64,000 nt of DNA, taken from assembly GCA_965227775.1 (NCBI GenBank), contig OZ245777.1, positions 480,001-544,000 of the forward strand, written 5' to 3'. Origin of the DNA: Phycisphaerales bacterium. Lineage in GTDB: Bacteria; Planctomycetota; Phycisphaerae; Phycisphaerales; UBA1924. A program made the translations under genes and the position numbers. A model generated the notes under the pieces. It was not told where the DNA came from. It saw only the letters and a list, made by a program, of their open reading frames with translations, and did not search any database. This document shows, in pieces, positions 23,501 through 36,017 of this stretch (within the stretch, counting starts at the first letter, position 1; every line of letters begins with the position of its first letter).

Positions 23501-24215
23501 AGTTGGTGCCCGTGCCGCTGCCATACTTGAACAGACGCGCCTCACGAACCCACAAGTCCATGATGCCGCCATCGTTCACCAGGTCGTCGCTCACGCTCTG
23601 GATGAAGCACGCGTGCGGCTGCGGGTGCGCGTACGCGCCCTCGGCCAGCTTCACCTCACCCGTCTTGGGGTCGGGCACCCAGTGGCCCTGGGCCGGCCCG
23701 TCGATGCCGTACGCCCAGTTCAGCCCGGTGTTGAACCACTGCGGGCTGTTGGGCGCCGCCATCTGGTGGATGAGCATGTACACCAGCTCGTCGTAGAACG
23801 CCTGCGCATCCTCGGAGCTGTCGAAGTACTTGTGCTGCTCGCCCCAGTGGCGCCAGCACCCGGCCAAGCGGTGCGCGAGCTGGCGCACGCTGCGCTCCGG
23901 CCCGGTCACGACGTTGCCATCGGCGTCCTTCTGCACGCCGGAGGGGAGGCCATCCTTGGCCCGCTTGGCGGCGGCCTGCCACCCCCCGGCGATGATCGAA
24001 CCGGCCTTCTCCATCTGCGGCACGCCCGCCTTGCGGAAGTACTTGCTCACGGCGATATCCGTCGCAAGCTGGCTCCACGTCGCCGGCACCTCGGCGTCGT
24101 TCATCTCGAAGACGATGGACCCGTCGGGGTTGCTGATCTTGCTCGACCGCGTCGTCCACTTGACGGTGTCGAAAGGATCCTGTCCGGCCTTGGTGAATTT
24201 GCGGGTAATCTTCAT
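20502..24215 (-). CDS. nrdJ: Adenosylcobalamin-dependent (class II) ribonucleotide reductase with TSCPD domain and C-terminal zinc ribbon
   Basis: PNSPQWFNTG, PHACFI, ASNPCSEY, APTGTIG, GAISKTIN, YRDGCKLSQPL and CDVCG..CYKCLNCG motifs. Confidence 0.95.
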   Translation of the reverse strand: MKITRKFTKAGQDPFDTVKWTTRSSKISNPDGSIVFEMNDAEVPATWSQLATDIAVSKYFRKAGVPQMEKAGSIIAGGWQAAAKRAKDGLPSGVQKDADGNVVTGPERSVRQLAHRLAGCWRHWGEQHKYFDSSEDAQAFYDELVYMLIHQMAAPNSPQWFNTGLNWAYGIDGPAQGHWVPDPKTGEVKLAEGAYAHPQPHACFIQSVSDDLVNDGGIMDLWVREARLFKYGSGTGTNFSKLRGEGEPLSGGGKSSGLMSWLKIGDRAASAIKSGGTTRRAAKMVCLDMDHPDIESFVNWKVREEIKVAAMVEGLQKIAGERASMHDPETVGETAERLGLKLDFDFNGEAYASVSGQNSNNSVRVPDKFFESVDAGSVWETRWRTAEGVARTVDARKLWDDIAYAAWRCADPGVQFDSTINAWHTCPEGGRINASNPCSEYMFLDNTACNLASLNLMKFYDAPTRHFDVRAYEHAIDVWTMVLEISVLMAAYPSKEVAELSWKYRTLGLGYANLGAMLMQAGIPYDSEDGRAICGCLTAILTGGSYRMSAKMAKELGPFAGYKADSENMLKVVRNHRRAAHGVKRGAAEWEGLNAKTRPVPIDQSRCRSGEIPVANTPELLDRAKMAWDQAIQLGEKHGYRNAQTTVIAPTGTIGLLMDCDTTGVEPDFALVKFKKLAGGGYFKIANASVKPALEAMGYEESQRQDMLRYLLGTLHLEVELPEGVPGAQVGQTLAQWLRSKGLTEQDLKTITDALPGVFELGFAFSAWALGDETLERAGVDAAEAKADPSFNLLRALGLSREQVGKLNLLVCGTQTLEGAPHLKDEHLSVFDCANTCGPLSTRYIEPQGHIRMMAAAQPFISGAISKTINLPNDASVNDIKDCYRLSWELGLKANALYRDGCKLSQPLSTKSDAKDEEAGEADEKKAEEPVLVAVDLEDDADIDEQGEAEALEEVEELTVVAAEQASKADEAATVKTVERIVHRPMRRRLPDTRGSITHKFNIAGHEGYLTVGLYEDGMPGELFITMAKEGSTIGGLMDSLGTAVSVSLQYGVPLESLVRKFTHQRFEPAGMTTNRDIPLAKSLVDYIFRWLGIQFIPGYREANTPKRGGSGESSKGDTNSGTGDRIRSLAGPTEGSGGRVEIAARATQEASLERAEAATGTAKVSRAAEVVVTGRQPVAEASSQTQGQTKTGEAAQLSSMLESMADAPACDVCGTITVRNGTCYKCLNCGNSMGCS

Positions 24216-24331
24216 CGCGTACAAACCTTCGCGTTATCTCGATGCGTGATGGAATGCTCGTTCTCGGCTCGTCCTTGACCCGAGACTTCGTTGCCGAATC
24301 CGTCTGCTGATTCTCCCCCAAGCGAACGTTG

Positions 24332-24904
24332 CTAATCGACCTTCGGCAACGTCAACCCACTCTGATCCTGATACTTCCCGGCCTTATCCGCATAGCTCGT
24401 GGCGCACACCTGGTCGGCCTTCAGGAACACGAGCTGCGCGATGCCTTCGTTCGCGTACACGCGCGCCGGGAGCGGCGTGGTGTTGCTGATCTCCAGCGTG
24501 ATCTTGCCGCGCCACTCGGGCTCGAGCGGCGTGACGTTCACGATCAGGCCGCAGCGCGCATACGTGCTCTTGCCAACACAGATCACCAGGCAGTCGCGCG
24601 GGATCTCGAAGAACTCGACCGTCTCGCACAGCGCAAAGCTGTTGGGCGGGATGATGACGTGGTCGGTGTCGTGGTGGTCACAGTTCACCTCGACGAACAG
24701 GTCGTCGGTGAAGTTCTTGGGGTCCACCACGGTGATGCCGCCGCTGCGGGGCGTGGGCGTGAAGATCTTGAAGGTCGGGCCCACGCGGACGTCGTAGCCG
24801 TAGCTCGAAACACCGTACGAAATCTTACCAGGGCGTCGCTCGCCGCGTTCGAACGGCTCGATGCGCACTAGTTCCCTGATCTGTTCGTCGCACAGCACGG
24901 GCAT
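24332..24904 (-). CDS. dcd: dCTP deaminase
   Basis: [30 protein letters not shown] and YANEGIAQ motifs. Confidence 0.95.
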   Translation of the reverse strand: MPVLCDEQIRELVRIEPFERGERRPGKISYGVSSYGYDVRVGPTFKIFTPTPRSGGITVVDPKNFTDDLFVEVNCDHHDTDHVIIPPNSFALCETVEFFEIPRDCLVICVGKSTYARCGLIVNVTPLEPEWRGKITLEISNTTPLPARVYANEGIAQLVFLKADQVCATSYADKAGKYQDQSGLTLPKVD

Positions 24905-24982
24905 CTCGGATCCTTCCGTTTTGGGTCCCCACCGGCGCCCAGCCCACCCAGCCAGACGCGAATATCGGTGCCACCACTCTAC

Positions 24983-25030
24983 CCACTACAATCTGTGGAC
25001 GCAAGACTTTTTGACCACAAGATGGAGTAT
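24983..25030. promoter_or_regulatory. Tandem NrdR-box-like pair 1
   Basis: ccaCTACAATCTGtgg (24983) and ccaCAAGATGGAGtat (25015), 32 bp apart. Both resemble acaCwAtATaTwGtgt. Confidence 0.65.
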
Positions 25031-25126
25031 GGACAACCTGTCGGTCTGCCCATCTCGCAGCTAAATCATGCCATCAAACGCACTTGCGCGCCCTTCATAC
25101 AACCAACCGACAGCACAAGCGCCAAT

Positions 25127-25173
25127 ATTCAACAGCTTGTGGTTCTGGTAAACGCGTATACATCATGCTGTGT
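25127..25173. promoter_or_regulatory. Tandem NrdR-box-like pair 2
   Basis: attCAACAGCTTGtgg (25127) and ataCATCATGCTGtgt (25158), 31 bp apart. Confidence 0.6.
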
Positions 25174-25356
25174 CTAACGTGAAATTCACCCAGCTTTCGC
25201 GGATTGCGAGCAACCGAGCCCCTGGCCGCCAGCTAAATCCGGCCGCAATCCGAACAAACACAGCCTATCCTTGTATGCCGCTGCAAGCCAGGTGCAGCAA
25301 TCCCCCATGGCGCTCGTAGAGTCTGGGCCCAGCCCGTGAACGCCGGAGATCGCCGC

Positions 25357-27369
25357 ATGTCCAGAAGCACGCCCTCGACCCGCCTTGCCAGCCCCCTGAC
25401 CGCGCTGGCGCTGCTCGGGATCGCGCTGGCGTCGGTCACCGGCTGCAAGAGCAGCGGCCGCGTGGTGAATCCCGGCGGCGGCGTGGTCGTGCCGTTCGAC
25501 GGCCCCAGCGTGCTCCGCGGCACCGTCGGCGCATCGGCCACGCTCATCGGCGTCGAGCCCACGCTCGTCTCGGGCCTGGGCATCGTCGTGGGCACCAAAG
25601 GCCAGGGCGGCCCGCTGCCCCAGGCCGTCGAGGCCACCGTCATCCGCCAGCTCTCGCTGCGCGAGGGCGCCCGCGGCATGGACATGTTCGAGGGCACTCC
25701 ATTCGAAGGCGAGAGCCCCGAGAGCTTCCTCCGCCGGCCCGACGTCACCGTCGTCGCCGTGCTCGGCCTCGTCGCACCCGGCGCACCGCAGGGCTCGACG
25801 TTCGACGTGCTCGTCTACGCCCTGAACAACGAAGAGCTCACCGGCGGCAGCCTGTGGCAGACCGACCTGCGCCTCGGGCGCCCCTCCGTACAGGGTGGCC
25901 CAACGACGAGGCTCGTGGGCTTCGCCCAAGGGCCGGTGTACGTGAACCCCTTCGCCGCGGGGCCGCGCTCGAACCCGACCCAGGGCCGGGTCATCGGCGG
26001 CGGCACCATGACCAACCCGCTGGAACTCGCAATCCGCCTCAACGTGCCCAGCCCTCGACGCACGCGGGCGATCGCCTCGCTCATCAATAGCCGCTTCGGT
26101 AACAGCCCGGTCGATCGTGGTGACATCGCCAGCGGCCGCCTCACGGGCCAGTCCGACGCGACCGCCTCGCTCGTCACCGTCAGCATCCCTTGGAGCTACA
26201 AGGACAAGCCCGAGGAGTTCCTGCGGCTGGTCGCGCACATCAACCCCGACGCCCAGGGCCGCGAGGAGCGGTACGTCGGCCGATACGTGCGGGCCCTGCA
26301 GGAAGAACCCGGTTCAGCCGACCGCCTCGCCTGGGCGCTCGAGGCCCTAGGCCCGGTGTCGGTACGCGGCTCGACCTCGGTCTCGACCCTGTACGACTGG
26401 CCCGAGATCGCGCCGCGCATGGCCGCACTGCGCGTGGGAGCCAAACTCGGAGACCCCAACGCCGAACGCCCGCTCATCGCTATCGCACGCGGCGACAACG
26501 AAGCGTTGCAGATCGAGGCCTTGCGGCTGCTGGGAGAACTCGGCACGGGGGCGATGATCGACGCCACACTGCAAGACCTGGCCGCCGCGCCGAGCGTGTC
26601 GGTGCGGGTCGCCGCGTATGAGGCGATGGCCCGGCGCGCCGGCATGCGAGAACTCCAGAGCTGGCTCGAACGCACCAGCGTGCCGGCGGGCGTCGACCCG
26701 GTGGGTGTCCTGCGAGAGTGGAGCGACTACGCCCGGACGAATTTCCGCGGCAGCCTCGCCCAGGGCCTCCGCCGAGACGTCATGCCGGGCGGGTTCGTGG
26801 TTGATCGGGTGCCGATCGGCGAGCCGCTCATCTTCCTGCGACAGCAGGGCCAGGCCGGGCTCGTGCTCTTTGGCCCGGAATTGCAGATCGAGCCCGGTGC
26901 GGTGCTGCGGATCAGCGATGACCTCATTTTGGCGCGGCCCAACGTGGGCGAGTCGGACTACGACCCAGAGGGCTTCGACGTACGCGTGCGATATCGCCAC
27001 ATGCCAGCCGATTGGCTGGTGACCGTGCCCGATGCCCCCGCGACGCTGCACGAGTTCATCGAGTTTCTGGCGACAAAGCCCACCGTCGAGCACCCGATGG
27101 GCGGGCTGGGCATGAGCTTCGGCAACATCGTGTCGGTGGTCTCGAAGCTGCAAGAGGTCGGTGCCGTCAAGGCCCAGTGGCAGGTCGAGCGGAACATCCT
27201 CCGCGAGAACGTCGACCGCTCGACACGCGGCGCCATCGCCGACCGTCCAGAACTCGAGGGCGACGCGCCGGGCGACGGCGACCCGCTGCAGCGGTTCATC
27301 CAACGGTCCATCCGCGGAGAGACGACGGGCGAAACGGCGGACGATTCGCCCGCCGAGAGCGAGGGCTGA
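25357..27369 (+). CDS. FlgI (P-ring)-like lipoprotein with HEAT-like extension, planctomycete type
   Basis: Lipobox VTGC. FlgI-like LVSGLGIVVGTKGQG, GSTFDVLV and LTGGSLWQTDL segments. Helical repeats follow. Confidence 0.7.
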   Translation: MSRSTPSTRLASPLTALALLGIALASVTGCKSSGRVVNPGGGVVVPFDGPSVLRGTVGASATLIGVEPTLVSGLGIVVGTKGQGGPLPQAVEATVIRQLSLREGARGMDMFEGTPFEGESPESFLRRPDVTVVAVLGLVAPGAPQGSTFDVLVYALNNEELTGGSLWQTDLRLGRPSVQGGPTTRLVGFAQGPVYVNPFAAGPRSNPTQGRVIGGGTMTNPLELAIRLNVPSPRRTRAIASLINSRFGNSPVDRGDIASGRLTGQSDATASLVTVSIPWSYKDKPEEFLRLVAHINPDAQGREERYVGRYVRALQEEPGSADRLAWALEALGPVSVRGSTSVSTLYDWPEIAPRMAALRVGAKLGDPNAERPLIAIARGDNEALQIEALRLLGELGTGAMIDATLQDLAAAPSVSVRVAAYEAMARRAGMRELQSWLERTSVPAGVDPVGVLREWSDYARTNFRGSLAQGLRRDVMPGGFVVDRVPIGEPLIFLRQQGQAGLVLFGPELQIEPGAVLRISDDLILARPNVGESDYDPEGFDVRVRYRHMPADWLVTVPDAPATLHEFIEFLATKPTVEHPMGGLGMSFGNIVSVVSKLQEVGAVKAQWQVERNILRENVDRSTRGAIADRPELEGDAPGDGDPLQRFIQRSIRGETTGETADDSPAESEG

Positions 27370-27504
27370 TAACCCTCCGCCGAGGCTCCAAAAGGGGTCG
27401 AAGAATCCCACGTCTCTGATGGTCAGGGGCCGATACTGTGGGCTCGGGCGGCAGGATGCCGGCCCGGTCCGCGGTGACGCGGGCCAATGGCGACAGGAGG
27501 TCTG

Positions 27505-31508
<4,004 letters not shown>

Positions 31509-31512
<4 letters not shown>

Positions 31513-32090
31513 TCGAGGCGTTTCAGAACGCGAAGCTGGCGCTCGAGGCGTTCCTTGCCGACGGGCAGAATTTCACGACGCTCGACCTGGCGGCGGACAT
31601 GCTTGCTGAGTCGCTGGCCGAGGGTGGCAAGGTACTGGCCTGTGGCAATGGTGGATCGGCGTGCGACGCGATGCACTTCTGCGAGGAACTGACCGGCAGG
31701 TTCCGCAAGGATCGCCCGCCGCTGGCGGCCGTGAGCCTGACGGACGCCGGGCATATTACGTGCGTGGCGAATGACTATGGGTACGACGAGGTTTTTGCGC
31801 GAGGCGTGCGGGCGCTGGGGCGCACCGGCGATGTGCTCGTCGCGCTCAGCACGAGTGGCAATTCGGCGAACGTGATCCGTGCCGTTGACGCGGCTCGCGA
31901 CATCGGCATGCGGACGATCGCACTGCTTGGGCGCGATGGTGGGAAGCTCGCTGGCGTCTGCGACCTGGAGTGGATCGTGCCGGGCGTGCCGGTGGCGGCG
32001 CCGACGGCAGACCGCATCCAAGAGATCCACATGCTGGTGCTGCACGCCCTGGTCGAGGGCGTCGAGCGGCGGATGTTCGGCGACTCCTGA
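31509..32090 (+). CDS. gmhA: D-sedoheptulose 7-phosphate isomerase (SIS domain)
   Basis: CGNGGSACDAMHFCEELTGRF, NDYGY, STSGNS and DRIQEIH motifs. Overlaps the smc stop (GTGA). Confidence 0.93.
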
Positions 32091-32274
32091 GCGGATCGCC
32101 CGGCGGCTTCATTCTTTGTTTGGCGTTCGTTGCTACGTCGCGGCTCGCACAGGCCGGCGAGCACAATCGCGCACACTTTCGTGTTCGGCGTGGACCGTTT
32201 TGTGGTAGATTGGAAGAGGACGGGAGACCGATCGGTCTGCCCGCGCGATCTGGCACAAGAACGGAGGACGAACG

Positions 32275-32967
32275 ATGCGAGGTATGCTGGGTTCGGTGGT
32301 GCTGCTCGCGGCGACGTGCGGGACGATGGGGCAAACGTGGGAGATCTTCTTCGACGTCTCGAACCCCGAGCCTGCGCCCGGAGAGACTATCACGATCACG
32401 ATGCAGGCCGGGTATGGCGGCCGGGACTACGCGATTGCGGGCGTGGTGACGGACGTCGAGTTCTCATCGTTGCAGGGCGAGTTGAGCAACTTGCGCCTTG
32501 TCGCGCCCATGGATGGACCGGGTACATCTCGCGGCACGCTGGTCGACGGCGTCGTCGAGGAGATCATCGCGGGCCAGCTCAATTTCCCTGCGACGGCGGG
32601 CATCTTTGCGGACCCGACGAACCCGATCCCGTTCTGGGCGATCGACTTCACCGTTGACGACGTGCTAGCGGGCCCGATCTTGCTCGAGGCGGTGACGCGA
32701 ACCAATCGGTACGACGTCTACATCTCCATGGACTCGGCAAGAAGTGAACCCCGTATTGACGAGTTGATCGAGGGCGAGACGCGCGTGCTGGTGAGCCGGG
32801 ACTGTGCGGTGGACTTTGATGGTGATGGCCAGGCGACGGTGTTTGACTTCTTGTACTTCTTCAACCTGTTTGATGCGGGCGATCTGTTGGCCGATTTTGA
32901 CGGCGACGGCGAGCTGACGATATTTGACTTCATCGAGTACCAGAACCAGTTCATGGCCGGGTGCTGA
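32275..32967 (+). CDS. Secreted protein with C-terminal GC-type dockerin-like domain
   Basis: Signal peptide. Tail CAVDFDGDGQATVFDFLYFFNLFDAGD...DFDGDGELTIFDFIEYQNQFMAGC. Confidence 0.85.
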   Translation: MRGMLGSVVLLAATCGTMGQTWEIFFDVSNPEPAPGETITITMQAGYGGRDYAIAGVVTDVEFSSLQGELSNLRLVAPMDGPGTSRGTLVDGVVEEIIAGQLNFPATAGIFADPTNPIPFWAIDFTVDDVLAGPILLEAVTRTNRYDVYISMDSARSEPRIDELIEGETRVLVSRDCAVDFDGDGQATVFDFLYFFNLFDAGDLLADFDGDGELTIFDFIEYQNQFMAGC

Positions 32968-32990
32968 GTTCCTGAGCGCGGGAGGAGTGC

Positions 32991-34922
32991 GTGATGTGCA
33001 AGGCGCATGCGTGCGTGGTGTTGGTCGCATCGACCGGGCTTGTGGCGAGCGCCGCGGGACAAGCGGCCTTCGAGGATGTTGCGGGCGAGGTGGGTCTTTC
33101 GGGGTATCGTGCCTCGATGGGCGACTACCGCGGGCCGGGCGGCGTGTTTGCCGACCTGAATGGTGACGGCTGGCCCGACCTGTATCTGGTGCGGGCGCCG
33201 CTGCTCGACCCGGAGGGCACGAACCAGCTGTTCCTCAACGTCGAGGGAGCCGGCGGACGCATGTTTGTTGAGGCGCCCGATGCCGCGGGCGCGGCAGACC
33301 TGGGCGAAGCGGTCGGCGCGGTTGCCGCAGACTATGACAACGACGGCGACGCCGACCTGTACGTCGTGAACTACGACCAGCCGAATGTGCTGTACAAGAA
33401 CATGCTCGTCGAGACGGGTACGTTCGCCTTCGAGGACGTCACGGCGAGCACCGATCCGACACCGGGCGTGACCGACGACCAGCACGGCGTGGGCATGGCG
33501 TACGAGGACGGCGTGCCGCTGGACAACGGCCTGACGGCGGCCTGGGGCGACGTCGATCGCGATGGCGATCTCGACCTCTATGTTGGCAACCACAACGGCT
33601 ACTTCGATCCCGTGCTCCCAATCGAGGGTCCATACGACGTGCCGGGACGACGGGACGTGTTCTACCTGAACAACGGAGACGGCACATTCACGGAGGCGAC
33701 GATGTCTTGCGGCGTGCCAGGGTGGGAAGCCGCAGACGGTTCGTTCGAGTCTGCCAACCAGCGGTACAGCTCGACGAATGCGGTGATCTTCGTCGACGCC
33801 GACAACGACGGATGGGTCGATCTGTACGTCACGAACAAGATCGGCGGCCCCGACGATCGAGACATGCTGTACCTTAACCGTGGCGAGGACGGCGACGGAT
33901 CGTGGCTTGGCTTCCGCACCGCGACGTACGACCTTCCGGGCACGTTTGGTGCGGCGTCGACGTTCGCGATGGGCATCGACGCGGCCGACCTCGAGAACGA
34001 CGGCGACCTGGACTTCTACATCACCGATATGTCCGACGCGAGCGAGCCGACCTCGCCCGGCATGAACGACCTCTGGCTGTCGCGGCTTGCCGACACGGGC
34101 GCTCTGTCGTACGAGTTGGCGGCCGATGCGGCCCCGTGGTACGACGCACCGGCCAAGCTGGGCTGGGGCGCGCAGTTTCAAGACTTCAACAACGATGGCT
34201 GGCAAGACCTGCACACGACGACCAGCTTCCCGTTCCGCGACTACTTGTACATGAACACCGGCGATGCGTTCGATGAGCGTGCTGTTGAGCTCGGCATCGA
34301 TCGCGACCGTCGCGAGGCTCGCGGCAGCATGACGGCCGATTATGACCGTGACGGCTGGGTGGACGTATTCGTCATCAACATCGACGGGCTGCCCTCGGCG
34401 CTGTACGAGAACCGCTTCGATGCCGCCGGTGCGGATGTCCACGGCTTCCTGAGCGTGCGACTCGTGGGCGACCCTGAGTCGGACCGGAGTTGGCGTTCGA
34501 CCCGGGACGCGATCGGGGCGCGCGTGCGTGTCTCGGCCGATCTTGATGGTGATGGAGCTGTGCAGGACGGTGAGCGTCAGATCAAGGACGTTGTGAGCGG
34601 CAGCAGCAACGCCGCGAGCACAAGCAGTTTGGAACTCGAGTTCGGGCTCGGGCTGGCGTCGTCGGCGATGGTCGAGGTTCGCTGGCCGAGCGGCGTGACC
34701 ACGATGCACGAGATCGCGCGCGACGCGTTTGTCGTGATTCATGAGGCCGAGGCGTGCCGTGCCGACCTGACGGGAGACGGCGAGCTCACTATCTTCGACT
34801 TCCTGGCGTTCCAGAACCTGTTCTCGGCAGGAGATCTGGCGGCCGACTTCGATGGTGACGGGTCGCTGACCATCTTCGACTTCTTAGCGTTCCAGAACTT
34901 GTTCCAGGACGGCTGCGCGTAG
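32991..34922 (+). CDS. CRTAC1/ASPIC-UnbV-like FG-GAP protein with GC-type dockerin-like tail
   Basis: Repeated ADxDNDGDxDLYV motifs, DAIGARV..FGLG..VEVRWPSG (ASPIC/UnbV), and a dockerin-like tail ending GCA. Confidence 0.88.
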   Translation: MMCKAHACVVLVASTGLVASAAGQAAFEDVAGEVGLSGYRASMGDYRGPGGVFADLNGDGWPDLYLVRAPLLDPEGTNQLFLNVEGAGGRMFVEAPDAAGAADLGEAVGAVAADYDNDGDADLYVVNYDQPNVLYKNMLVETGTFAFEDVTASTDPTPGVTDDQHGVGMAYEDGVPLDNGLTAAWGDVDRDGDLDLYVGNHNGYFDPVLPIEGPYDVPGRRDVFYLNNGDGTFTEATMSCGVPGWEAADGSFESANQRYSSTNAVIFVDADNDGWVDLYVTNKIGGPDDRDMLYLNRGEDGDGSWLGFRTATYDLPGTFGAASTFAMGIDAADLENDGDLDFYITDMSDASEPTSPGMNDLWLSRLADTGALSYELAADAAPWYDAPAKLGWGAQFQDFNNDGWQDLHTTTSFPFRDYLYMNTGDAFDERAVELGIDRDRREARGSMTADYDRDGWVDVFVINIDGLPSALYENRFDAAGADVHGFLSVRLVGDPESDRSWRSTRDAIGARVRVSADLDGDGAVQDGERQIKDVVSGSSNAASTSSLELEFGLGLASSAMVEVRWPSGVTTMHEIARDAFVVIHEAEACRADLTGDGELTIFDFLAFQNLFSAGDLAADFDGDGSLTIFDFLAFQNLFQDGCA

Positions 34923-34975
34923 CGCGGACGCGTCACGCACTTGGTGTTGGAGCGAGACACCAAAGGAGCTATGCC

Positions 34976-35764
34976 ATGCGCAGCGTGATCGCGGGAGTCG
35001 GAGCAGGTTTGGCTGGCGTCGTCTTGGGGGGTTGCACGGCCGCGCCCCTCATGAGCCACAGCATCTCGGAGACGACAACGGAAGAATCGGTGCAGGGCCG
35101 CCCCGCGCTGGAACGGCCGATCAGCCTGCCCGGGCACGAGGTGGTGCTGGTGCCCTTCGTGATGGAGGACGACAAGGGCTGGTTCCAATCGGACGATCCA
35201 TACCAGAGGCGCGGCACGTATCGGGCGAGTCGAACAGCGCCCGGGGACGGCTGGCTGGAGAACGCATCCTACGGCTCGGGTGGCGGCGCGAACTACGCAG
35301 CCAGTCGGGTTCGATGGCACAACGCCTTCGGGCGAGATCTTTCGAGCAATGAGCGATGGATGCTACTCGATCGTCGCGGTGTGATTAGCTCGGTAGCGTT
35401 CCTGACACGGCCGCGGTCGAGCGATCAGGGCGTGTGGGCCGTGCTCTACCTGGCGACGACCGAGGATACCAACGGCGACGGCTTGCTCGACAGCCTGGAC
35501 GCACGGCGGGCATGGGTGGCCGATGGCGATGCACGCAACCCGCGGGTGGTCACGCCCGAGGGCATGCGTGTCGTGCGCGCATGGATCGATTGGGATCGCG
35601 AGTATCTGTACTTCCAGTTGCTGGGCGATACCAACGGCGACGGGAAGTTCAGCGATGCCGACGAGTCGGCGCCGTGGCTGCTGAAGATGGGTGATCGTGG
35701 CGAAGCACGACCGCTGATCGACGATGCCACGATGCAGCGGGCAAGGGGTCTGCTGGAAAACTGA
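34976..35764 (+). CDS. Lipoprotein with two DTNGDG EF-hand-like loops
   Basis: Lipobox LGGC, plus EDTNGDGLLDSLD and GDTNGDGKFSDAD. Confidence 0.75.
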   Translation: MRSVIAGVGAGLAGVVLGGCTAAPLMSHSISETTTEESVQGRPALERPISLPGHEVVLVPFVMEDDKGWFQSDDPYQRRGTYRASRTAPGDGWLENASYGSGGGANYAASRVRWHNAFGRDLSSNERWMLLDRRGVISSVAFLTRPRSSDQGVWAVLYLATTEDTNGDGLLDSLDARRAWVADGDARNPRVVTPEGMRVVRAWIDWDREYLYFQLLGDTNGDGKFSDADESAPWLLKMGDRGEARPLIDDATMQRARGLLEN

Positions 35765-36017
35765 GTTCGGTGCTCTAGGTGGACGTTTCTTCGCCCGGTA
35801 CAGCCGGGCGCTCTCGTGTCTCTCGAATCCAGCGGGCTGGGTAACCTTGCAGGCACTCGTGAGGCGAGCGAAGACGGGACGCGTAGCACAGGGGTTATCG
35901 GTCTCCCTGCCCGAGCTTCACGCCGTCAAGGGCCTCGCTCGTCCGCAAAACTGTCGACGGATGCGTTAGACTCAACCAACGCGCGATTCGATTGATCGCG
36001 CGAAGGGGGTACGCATC

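Noticed and set aside
20502..24215. Intein or intron in nrdJ
   Set aside because: No splice-junction or LAGLIDADG motifs were seen. The extra length comes from acidic linkers and the TSCPD and zinc-ribbon domains.
25180..25340. Cobalamin riboswitch upstream of dcd-nrdJ
   Set aside because: An inverted repeat (CGGATTGCG/CGCAATCCG) exists, but there is no B12-box or GGGAA..GCCACTG core on either strand.
35830..35905. c-di-GMP-I riboswitch-like words (GGGACGC, GGGGTTATCGG)
   Set aside because: The GGCAAAC..GAAA P2 hairpin and GCAAAGC are missing, and the probable -10 (TAGACT) lies downstream.
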